Assembly: GCF_037042905.1 (NCBI RefSeq)
Contig: NC_087252.1
Span: 14,324,001 to 14,388,000, forward strand
Origin: Lytechinus pictus
Taxonomy: Eukaryota
DNA length: 64,000 nucleotides
Direction of reading: 5' to 3'
Positions within the stretch are counted from its first letter, which is position 1. Every line of letters starts with the position of its first letter. Under the pieces are notes generated by a model, which saw only the letters and a list, made by a program, of their open reading frames with translations, ran no database searches and was not told where the DNA came from. A program made the translations under genes and the position numbers. Of the stretch, positions 25,273 through 36,361 are shown piece after piece.

Positions 25273-26754
25273 ATGCCTACCGTTAACTGCCCTATTCCCG
25301 GCTGTGACTACGCCACACCAGACCTTGATGCTGCCATCGTAGCTGCCCTTCTAACTGCCCACAGTACAATTCACACCTCTGGACAAACCGCCAAGGTCGA
25401 GAAGGTCAAGAGACCAACGATTGCTGCTGCTGGCACCAGCGAGGAATGGGCGTACTTCAAGTCGCGGTGGTCCGACTACGTTGATGCCACTAAGATCACT
25501 GGGAAAGACAAGGTTGTACAGCTTCTTGAGTGTTGTGACGAGCCCCTATGGAAGGATCTCACGCGAGCTGCTGGAGGCAGCCTCACCAACAAAACTGAGG
25601 ATGAGGTGCTGACAGCCATCAAGAAGCTTGCCGTACGAGAGGAGAACACCATGGTTGCCCGCGTGACACTCCACAACATGCGTCAAGACAGGGACGAGAC
25701 AGTTCGCAGCTTCGGAGCCCGTCTACGGGGACAAGCAGATATTTGCAAATTCATCATAGCTTGCCCTGCCTGTAATGCTGATGTCAATTACACTGACGCA
25801 ATCATGCGGGATGTGCTTACCAGGGGGATTGCCGATTCTGAAATCCAGCTCGATCTTTTAGGGAACAAAAACCAAGACATGGGCCTGGAAGAGGGTTTCC
25901 AGTTCAATGAAGCAAAAGAGGCTGGTAAACGCTCTGCCTCCTCTCTCCTCGACTCACACACGGAAACGGCCAGCAGCTCCTCCTATAGAAAAGCTAAGCA
26001 GGCGCACCCAGGGCCCAAGGACAAACAGGAACTGTGTGCCTACTGTGGCAAGAAAGGACATGGACGGAGTGCCCCAGCTCGTGTCTGCAAGACGCAGTGC
26101 CTGGCCTAGGGACAGAAATGTGGTCACTGCGACAAGTTCCACCACGTGGAGGACGTCTGTCGCACCAAGGGCAAGCAGAAAACGTCACTGTCGACCTCCT
26201 CGGGTGAGCAGGAGGGGGCAATCTTCGATACCCTTTGTACTATCTGTGACCTAGGACAATCACATGGTCTCCCCATTGATCACCATGTATATGATGACAT
26301 TTGCCTAGCATGGCACAGGAAGAGATCAACTCCTCAGCCATACCTCAATGTGACTGTAAGGGCTGTTCCGGAGGACTATCAAGCCCTCGGGTTTAACCTT
26401 TCATCCCCCTCACAAACCAGCGCCATCCCAGCCATGGCGGACACTGGGTCAGAGCTGCCTCGCCGGGTTAAAGGTCCTCCGCCGCCTTGGGTTACGTCAG
26501 CAAGACCTCATTCCTGTCACCATGGCGATGCACACCGCAACTGAGGGCGGCATTACGATCCTCGGAGCCGTCCCCCTTCGCCTCTCTGGCCAAGATCCTC
26601 TTGGCCACATGGTCGAGTCACGGCAACTCACTTACGTCACCGACAGTTCTGATAAGCTTTTCCTCAGCAAAGAGGCCTGCATTGCCTTGGGGATCATCTC
26701 AAAAAGCTTCCCTACTCTTGGCATGTCACAAGGGGCACACCAATCAGACAGAGC
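25273..26754 (+). pseudogene. Gypsy gag and protease (premature stop at 26107, frameshift)
   Basis: Gag ORF 25273..26109 with zinc-knuckle-like CAYCGKKGH and, past the stop, CGHCDKFHH...C. Protease MADTG at ~26434. Confidence 0.85.
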
Positions 26755-29700
26755 GGTGACCCGACAATTGCTCCGCCGACATCTGCTCCGCCGACAATTG
26801 CTACGCAAAATACGACAACTGCTCCGCCGACAATTGCTCCGGACAGTTGCTCCGCCGGCAGTTGCTCCGTCGACAATTGCTCCGCCGATATTTGCTCCGT
26901 CGACACTTGCTCCGCCGATATTTGCTCCGTCGACATCTGCTCCGCCGATATTTGCTCCGCCGACAATTGCTCCACCGATAATTGCTCCGCCGACATCTGC
27001 TCCGATTATACGACAATTGCTCCGCCGATATTTGCTCCGCCAAAATCTGCTCCGTCAATATTTGCTCCGCCGACTTCTGCTCCGCCGTAAATTGCTCCGA
27101 TAATGCGACATTTATTTATTCATCTATTTGTACTTTCATGCGCGTAACAATTGTAGCACAGGATGAAGACGTCAATGCAAAGTAAACTTAAACTATGCTT
27201 GCATGATATATTACATGACATACACAGGGGGCGCGGAACGGTTTTCAAAGTGGGGGCTGACCATGCTAAAAATCACAATCATATGGTAATTTTTACGTTT
27301 TTGTACAAGGTTTTGGAAAAAAAATTGGGGCTGAAGCCCCCAGCTCCCGGCCCCTGATACATAACATAGAAAGAAGTAGAAAAAATGGATAAGCACAAAG
27401 GAGGGATAGATATTCTTAATTTCTTATTCCTTGGGGGCATTTGTTTAAGTTTTATTACGTGCCTGGTGATTAAAATGAAAAAAATTACGCGTGTTCATGT
27501 AATTATTATGACAGTACAAAGAAAACTTCTTAGCGTCAAAATCGCTCTGGCGAAATATGCTCCGAATTGGAGATATTTGCTCCAGGTGAAATTCAATAGG
27601 TATGCCTTATGTTTACAATTTAAAAAAAAATGCGCATAAATGTCCCATTTCCAGGTTGATAACAGCTCGCGCTTCGTGCTCGCATTATAAATTCAGTGCG
27701 ATGCGTTATTGGGTTTCATGCATATGATACTATATTATTACTGGTATGTATATACATTATTTCTTTTAAAAACAACATTATTTGTTTATACGTTATGAGA
27801 GATATACATACATATATTCATTTATTGAAATATATTTATATTGTTGCTATTGCACAGAATAGAATAAAATACAACCGAAGTCTCGTCTTATAGTAACTCA
27901 CCAGTAGCGTAATGAGCCAAAAAAAAATGGAGGGGGCCAGACAAGGATGACATTTAGTTTCCTTTCCTTTATTCTTTTTTTTTATTGGTAGGGAGAATGG
28001 GGGGGGGGGGATCCGTGACCCCTAGCACGCCCCTCCCCTATCTGTACGCCAGTGATGATCATGCTTTCGTTTGAATGAAAAAAGGTGCAAGGGTAGATAA
28101 AGCCCAAGACGTATTAAAAAATATTGATAAAAATATTAATAATTATAATGCTGATAAATGTGAAATAAATCAAGCGGTAACCAATGAAAATAAATAGTGT
28201 GAAAGAACAAAACGAGAAAGAGGGAGAGAGAGAGAGAGGGGCGCGCGCGCGCGAATGTATGGTGTATAAGTTGCTGGAAAGCAGAAGAGCAGGGGCGGAT
28301 CCAGCCTTCGCCAATAGGGGGGGGGGGGGGCGCGGTTTTTTAAACCATATTTTCCCCGATCGGCCGCTCGATGATGATTTTGGTCTCTTTGAAGGGGTAG
28401 TCCTAATATTCACTTCTTAGCTTTATTATAAATCAACATAAATATGTAATATCATCCTTATTCATATAATGCGAGCGCAAAGCGCGAGCTAAATTTTTAA
28501 GGAAATTTTATGTATTTTTCCTAAAATTTGAACATTCTGGTCAATGTTTGTTATCCTGAAAAAGATGTGTATGCAACTAAATAATTACTACGAACGCGAA
28601 GCGCGAGCAGAAATGAACTGATGGAAAAGGTACCTGTTGAATATTGCTTGCAGTTAGCCATGAAGACGTTAAGTACTTTAAAAATCAAATAATGCGAGCG
28701 CGAGATTTAGACCTACTGAACGAGACACTCTATGTTTTGTAAATCATGAAAAGGATGAGTAATTGGGGATCTTCCTTACATTAATAATGCGAGCCCAAAG
28801 CGCAAGCAGAAAATTTTTATATGTATACATTTAATGTGATCGAAAAGGTACCTGTTAAGGACTGCTTGCACTTAGCCATGAAGACGCTACATATTTCAAC
28901 AATCAAATAATGCGAGCGCGAAGCGCGAGCTGAATCATTTTGAAATTTCTACATAAAGAATGGAAAATTTCAATCAATTTTTGTAATCGTGAACAGGATG
29001 GCTATATAACTAACCAATTCATACGAGCGCGAAGCGCGAGCGGAAAAATCGAGATTTAGACCTAAAACGGGACACTCTATTCATGTTTTGTAAATCATGA
29101 AAAGAACGAGTAATATGGGATCTTCCTAACTTGATAATGCGAGCACAAAGCGCGAGCAGAAATTTTTTGATATTGTGATCTGAAACTGGATAATGATTTA
29201 AATAGATTAAACTTTTTGATATTCCGACTAAAATACAGAGTCAATTTCAAGCACTTTGTAGGGAAATTGTGAGGTGGATATGGATTGCATTTAATAGAGA
29301 GCTGATATGTTCTATTATTACTTTGAGTTTTGACATATAGGACCGGGACATCCTTAGGACATGCCATCATATGAAAATGATGACTATTTTCCTATTTCTC
29401 TTGCTAAGCGCGAGACAAAACAAAAGGGACAATTTAATTTCTAAATTAATAGCTTACTCATTAATGCCTAATGACGGCACGAAATCTGATGATATTATGG
29501 TCTGAAAACTGGACATTTCAAGCACTTCTGTAGTCATGAATAGGATGCATCAGTTAATATATTTTTAACCATTAATGCAAGCGCAAATCGCGAGCCAAAT
29601 TTTTTGATAAACTGTCATTAAATGGGGATTTTAAGTAATTTATTTGTATATTCAATATTGAGACATACATAATGCGAGTGCAGCGCTAGCTGATACGTTT

Positions 29701-30779
29701 TGAAAATCAGACCTGAAAAGGGATATTTTGAAAACTTTACGGAATACACGAAAATAATAGGTACCTGATAAATCAAAATTTGCGAGTGCGCAGCGCGAGC
29801 AGAAAATATTAAAAATCAGACCATAAAACTGACATTTTTACAGAGCACTTTTTAAAAATCAATTTGTAAATCACACAAAATAATGAAAGTTCGATTCCCG
29901 AGGTGAAATATGTTTTGTATATTGACTTCCAAACTTGATATTTGAACTCCATAATTATTGAACAAGATATGAAAATCCCCTAACAGGCAATTTTATACAG
30001 TGACGTGAAAGATTCTTTTTATTTTCCAAGTCTTTCCCTCATCTTATTTTATTTACTCGTCTTCCTCCTCTTCTTTTTACTCTTTTCCATCTTTTTTTTT
30101 GCTCCGCCAATAGTTTTTTGGGGCGGGCCCCTCGGCCCCTCCCCTGGATCCGCCTATGGAAGAGATATTGTGTCCAGCACCCCCCCCCCCCCATTCTCTC
30201 CCCGCTCAAGTCCGGATTGAAACCAATGATAATAATATATGAACAAAAATCCGGATTCACAATTTCAATGGGGAGGGTGTCATTCCCCTTCTGCGTTACA
30301 ATTTGTCAAGTGGCGGCGGCAGGGAGAACATTTTTTTTTTTAAGCAGAAAGCTGTGATGATATGGGAGAAAGAAATAAATAAATAAAACATTAACGAATA
30401 ATAAGAAAAAACAACAACAAAACAATTTGTATAAGATGTTCATGCAATTGTATTATCGGAGCACATGACGGCGGAGCAATTTCGGCGGAGCAATTTTCGG
30501 CGGAGCAATTATCGGCGGAGCAGATTTTGGCGGAGCAAATATCGGCGGAGCAATTGTCGTATAATCGGAGCAGATGTCGGCGGAGCAATTATCGGCGGAG
30601 CAATTGTCGGCGGAGCAAATATCGGCGGAGCAGATGTCGACGGAGCAAATATCGGCGGAGCAAGTGTCGACGGAGCAAATATCGGCGGAGAAAGTGTCGA
30701 CAGAGCAACTGTCGGCGGAGCAACTGTCCGGAGCAATTGTCGGCGGAGCAGATGTCGGCGGAGCAATTGTCATGGAACC
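26755..30779. mobile_element. Foldback element with 15-bp tandem-repeat inverted arms (TU-like), 8-bp TSD
   Basis: Arms 26755-27104 and 30452-30779 are built from GCTCCGCCGACAATT-type 15-mers in inverted orientation. TSD GACAGAGC at 26747-26754 and 30780-30787. Interrupts Gypsy pol. Confidence 0.9.
28290..30158. mobile_element. Non-autonomous TIR element (CAGGGGCGGATCCAG...CTGGATCCGCCTATG) with internal degenerate AATGCGAGCGCGAAGCGCGAGC repeats
   Basis: Inverted GGCGGATCCAG ends with GAAGAG on both flanks (6 bp). The same internal motif recurs at 41640-42080 and 49150-50180. Confidence 0.65.
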
Positions 30780-33700
30780 GACAGAGCAGCCACCCTCAAG
30801 GAGGTTCCCAAGCGGGCCGCCTGTCCCTGCCCTCGGCGTCAACTGCCCCCACCGCCTCCTACAAAACTGCCATTTCCTGCCACTGATGCAAACCGTGAGA
30901 AGCTACAACAGTATATCCTAGATTACTACCAGTCCAGCACATTCATTACCTGTGAGCATCAGCCCTTGCCACTCATGGATAGTCCCCCGATGAAATTGAT
31001 GGTGGACCCAGATGCAGAACCCGTCGCTCATCACACACCTGTGCCGGTTCCACTCCATTGACGTGATGCCGTCAAGGCTGATTTGGATCATGATGTGCAG
31101 TTGGGCGTGCTGCAACCTGTACCCATTTGGGAGCCTGTTACATGGTGCCACATGATGGTGGTGTGTGCTAAAAAGGATGGTAAACCGCGTCGAACAGTCG
31201 ACTTTCAGGCCCTCAACGTCCATGCTACACGTGAAACGCACCATACACCATCACCCTTCATTCAGGCCCGCTCTGTCCCCCACGGGAATAAGAAGACGTT
31301 ATTAGATGCATGGAATGGTTATCACAGCGTCCCCATATGCCCGGAGGACCGACACCTCACCACTTTCATTACCCCATGGGGCAGGTACCGTTACAAGACA
31401 GCCCCTTAGGGCTACATTGCCTCCGGAGATGGATACACCAGGCGGTATGATGAAATCGTCTCGGGCATCCAAAATAAGACGAAATGTGTCGACGACGTCC
31501 TCCTGTGGGCTGACACAATGGAAGACAGTTTCTTCCAGGCTGTTGAATGGCTGGACATCTGCGGCCGCAACGGGATTACCCTCAATCCTAAGAAGTTCAC
31601 ATTCGGTGCGGATATCGTAGAATTTGCTGGCTTTGAGATCACGCCTGACAGCGTTCGCCCATGTGAGAAGTACTTACAAGCCATCCTTGATTTCCCAACA
31701 CCCACCCGGCATCACAGACGTGCGCTCCTGGTTTGGCCTTGTCAATCAAGTATCCTACGCCTTCAGTATGGCTGAGAAGATGCTCCCATTCCGTGACCTC
31801 TTGAAGCCCAACACACCCTTCATATGGACTACAGCCCTCCAGACAGCTTTCGACGAGTCCAAAGCCACCATTGCCAGCGAGATTGAAGAAGGCGTGCACA
31901 TTTTTGATCCAGACAAACCCACCTGCATCGCGACGGACTGGTCCAAGAATGACATCGGATTCTAGCTCCTACAAAAACACTGCAGCTGCAAAAACACTGA
32001 ACCCTTCTGCTGCAATACGGGCTGGAAGATCACCCTTGTTGGGAGCAGATTCACCCATGCCGCTGAGGCACGCTATGCTCCAGTGGAAGGCGAAGCCCTA
32101 GCCTTAGCTGATGCCCTGGACAAGGCAAGATACTTTGTCTTGGGATGTGAGGACCTCACCATAGCTGTCGATCACAAGCCCCTTCTCAAGATCTTTGCCG
32201 ATCGCGCCCTACAAGAGATCCCAAATCCCCGCCTGAGGAATTTGAAGGAGAAGACCTTGCGATACAGGTTCCGTATGGTCCACATTCCAGGCGTCAGACA
32301 CCGTGCCACAGATTGTCTCTCGAGACACCCGACCGGTGAGCCTGAGAAGTTGCACCTCCCTGATGACATCGCTACAATCTCTTTGACCCCTGCCATGTTC
32401 CTGCACTCCATACCACTCATGGCAGGCCTCCGAACCATGGCCCCACAAGAGGACACTGTCGGGATTTGCACGCTTTCCTCAGCTATGTGTGCCCTGGAGT
32501 CCCTCCACTTGAAGTCAGTCACATGGGACCGGGTCCGTACTGCCACAACTAGTGACGACAACATGCAAGCACTACTCAATGCTGTTGAAGCTGGCATGCC
32601 GGAGTTTCGTTATGAGCTCCCCTCACCTCTCCGCGAATATTTCCCATTCCGTGACGACCTTTATACAAGTGATGGTATCTTCCTCTACAAGGGAGGAAGT
32701 ATTGGCTCATCTGCATGCTGCCTCTGTCTTTTGGCCTGGCATCACTCCAGCCATTACAGCTCTCCGTGCCCGGTGCAACCAATGCAACAGGATCGCACCC
32801 TCCAACCCACGTGCACCCCGACCCCGTTGCTGTCTCCGGACTACCCTTTCCAATGCATCTGTGCCGATTTCTTTCACTACAAGGGCTGCAACTACCTGGT
32901 CATCGTGGACCGCTACTCCAATTGGCCTATCGTTGAGAGGTCCAATCAAGGGGCAACTGGACTCATTTCTTGCCTACGGAGGACATTCGTCACCTTCGGG
33001 ATCCCGGGTGAACTAGCATCGGATGGTTGCCCTGAATTTACAGCGGCTGTCACACGCCGCTTCCTCAAGGACTGGGGCATTTATCACAGACTTTCATCCG
33101 TTGCTTACCCACATAGCAACTGTCGTGCTGAGGTGGCTGTCAAATCCGTGAAACGTCTCATCAAGTCCAACACCAGCCCTGCAGGTGCCCTCGACACTGA
33201 TACCTTCCAAAGGGCTATGCTGCATTACCGAAACACTCTTGACAGGGACACCAAGCTCTCCCCGGCTATGTGTGTCTTTGGCCATCCGATCCAAGACTTC
33301 ATCTCCATTGTCCCATGCAAATATCTACCACACAACACATGGCGCGAGACCCTAGCAGCTCGGGAAGAAGCACTTCGTACCCGTCACATGAGGGACGCAG
33401 AACGTTGGTCCGAGCATACTAAACGGCTCCTGCCCCTTGCCGTCGGAGACCACGTCCCCTCCAGAATCAGACAGGACCACAACCACTCAAGTGGGACAGG
33501 ACTGGGACTGTGATCGAAGTTTGACAGTATAACCAATACGTCATCCGAGTTGATGGTTCTGGGAGAGTCACCCTCCGCAACCGGAAATTTCTTCGGAAAT
33601 ATGTGCCTGTGCAACAGCACCCATCTCCACTGACTATGGAGGAAGACATCTCTCCACATCACCATCCGGCACCCGCACCCCTCTCTAGCCTTGTGGGACA

Positions 33701-33997
33701 GGTGCCACTTTCTTTGCAACATACCTGCACTGCAGACGCCCCATGCTGCCTTCTGAGCCTGCTTCTGCTGCTTCTTCACCTCCGCAGGCAGCCAAGGATG
33801 CCCCTCGTGGAACGCATCCCTCCTCTTCCGTGGAGGACTCCCTCACAACGCCGCCTGAGACACCACCAGCAGCCCCCTGCTTGGGTCCGGTTCCTGCACC
33901 GATCGCTGCTTCTCCACCTGGCACCCCTCCTACAGCACCCCGGCGCTCTACCCGTCGCACCAGACAGCCCGTCTGGCACTCGGACTATTCCATGTGA
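30780..33997 (+). pseudogene. Gypsy pol: RT, RNase H, integrase (stops, frameshifts, small deletion)
   Basis: RT motifs GKPRRTVDFQALN, LDAWNGYHS, TTFITPWGRYRY, CVDD. RNase H motifs ATDWSK, EGEALA, VDHKPL. Integrase motifs ICADFF, IVDRYSNWP, LASDG, HSNCRAEVAVK. Pro-rich tail ending PRRSTR. Confidence 0.92.
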
Positions 33998-34827
33998 TTT
34001 CAGCTAATTCGACTGACATTAGTGTTGCGTTCAAGAGTTTCCTGTTATTTGCACTGGTGTTGACTTTGCGCATTGTTTTCGCGTTCCTAGTGGGGCGTTG
34101 CAAGGAAGTTACTTTGCAATTGATTGCAAATCAACTGCAACTTTGCAGCCGATTCCGATCGACTGCAACTAGCAATCAATCGCCAATTTGCGTTGCAAGA
34201 AAAAGGCTTGCGATTGAACGCAAGTTGCAGCTGATCTGCACACGATTTGCAGCTGTAAACAGGGTCTGCAGCACAAGACTAGCCGAAAAAGCAAAATAAT
34301 GGCTTGCAACAATCCTGTTTGTGGAAGAGAGTAAGTAGAAAATATTCATTTTTGAGACAATTCTTTCTCCATTATGTATGTTTTTAGAGAATTTATATAT
34401 TTTAGACCTATGCCAGGGAAAATAATTATTTTGAAAAAGTGAAAATGTATCTTTATCGCCGGTAGAAATTTCACCTTCAACAAATTTTCTACCGTACAAT
34501 TTCAATACCAGTCCCACACTTGACTTTTTGTGTCGGTAATGCACGGTTGTATCAACAACACGGCAGGTCATTGCCGGTGCAGTGCTGTTAAAAATCACAC
34601 AGAAGCAAGTAAATGGGTAGGCTCTAATTATGTATGAAACATCGAAAATGACCTTTAAAGATTATTTTTGTTCCTATTTGAAATGATTTTTTAAGTTATA
34701 TCGGTTTCAACGGCGAATAGCCATCCAGTAAATAGAAATTAAAGACTTCCATTACAGTCTAGACATTTCCCCCCAAAAAAGATTCCTCTCCATTTGTCTC
34801 TCTTTTTTAAGAGTCTGTCTAACGTTA

Positions 34828-35448
34828 CCTCGAGCGAAGTTCGTGCAGGCCCTACTCCACTTCACTACCGCTACACTACGCTCCACCTACCCGAACTTCC
34901 AGACTGAATTCTATCTGATATTCCGAGTGACAAAGGTGGGACAAAGGTGGGATTTTATGGGGGGGGGGGATATAAAATTCATGCAACATCACGATCTTTT
35001 AAAGTTTAAAAACAAAACTAATATTCTTACTTTACACCAAGTTTCACTTTTCCATGCTTCTATCAGTCTCAAAATTGGTGATTTAGAGCCAACATGAAGT
35101 TCCTCACACAAATAAACAATTCGCTGCCGTATCGCGCGTGCATGCAATGTTTTGAAATCGGCAGCGAATTATTTATACGTGTGAGGAACTTCATGTTGGC
35201 TCTAAATCACCCATTTTTAGACAGATAGAAGCATGGAAAAGAAGTGAAACTTGGTGTAAAGTAAGAATATTACATTTAATTGTTTTTAAAGATCGTGATG
35301 TTGCATGAATTTTATATTTCCCCCCCATAAAATCCCATTTTTGTCAATCGGAATATCAGATAGAGTTCACGGTCTCGAAGTTCGGGTAGGTGGAGCGTAG
35401 TGTAGCGGTAGTGAAGTGGAGTGGAGCATGCACGAACTTCGCTCGAGG
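34828..35448. mobile_element. Hairpin (palindromic) MITE, TA-flanked
   Basis: ~300-bp inverted arms (CCTCGAGCGAAGTTCGTGCA.../...TGCACGAACTTCGCTCGAGG) with a ~30-nt loop near 35130-35158. Confidence 0.9.
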
Positions 35449-35931
35449 TAGTCTAGTACCGTTAACCTCCCTTTTTATGACTTTCCTTGGCCTGGCCTGG
35501 GATAAAGTGAAAATTTTGCTGTTTTGACTTTTGTATTTGGAGGATTAAAAAAAAAATTATTTATTATTATTATTTTTTTTTTATTTGGGGGGGGGGGGGG
35601 TTCTCCAGACTCCGTATATCTCGCAAGACAAGAAAAAAAAAAGGTATAGGGGGTCTACATGTATCGGGCTACTTTACAGAATCTATTGGCAACATCTGCC
35701 ACATTCTTGGGGAAGTTTTAACATTGAATAGGATGTTGCCCGCCCAGGGCTCTTTTTTAAATTTCTTATGGGCATATTTCACAAGAGGTTCTTTGCAAGG
35801 ACAGTCTATTTGTGTCGTTGATTTGTATTGATGTGCCATATGAGTCACATTTTTAATATCCATCTGATAACTATAAAAAGATATACATGTAAATACATTT
35901 ATTTTTTAGATTCAATATGTAGATCTACTAT

Positions 35932-36361
35932 GCCGGGGGGGGGGGAGATACTTAGATTTGGTTTGGACAAAGGTGTGCGGCTGAAAGTTCGAAACCCGTA
36001 CCCATATTTACAGGTCATTTTTGCTAAAAAGGTACCCATTATTAGGGATTCATTACATGGGCGGATCCAGGATTTCCAAAGGGGAGGGGGGGGGGCACAT
36101 TTTTGCCTGGAAAAACTTGACAAGCAAAAAAAAAAAAAAAAAGGTTATCGCCCAAAATGTAAGGTCATTTTGTATTTGCACCTAAGACATTGGAGTAGAA
36201 TATGGATCCATGTTTAAGGACATTATCTAAAAATTTGGCCATGCTTAGGGATTTTCCAGCATAAAACCATACGCCATGTTAAGGGATTTCTTCAAAAAAG
36301 GCGACCCATTCCTGCGGCATATCCCCATATGCCTTATCTCGTGAGTACCCCCCCCCCCGGG
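35932..36361. mobile_element. CCCGGG-terminated MITE with 7-bp TSD
   Basis: G-run/C-run termini. TSD CTACTAT at 35925-35931 and 36362-36368. Confidence 0.75.

Noticed and set aside
26760..27104. CRISPR-like array
   Set aside because: Contiguous tandem 15-mers with no unique spacers, no cas genes, eukaryotic context.
26522..31061. Repetitive ORFs (SAEQL, APPTI, RRSNC, IGGAN repeats) resembling antifreeze or pentapeptide proteins
   Set aside because: They are translations of the 15-bp TIR repeats of the foldback insertion, open in many frames on both strands.
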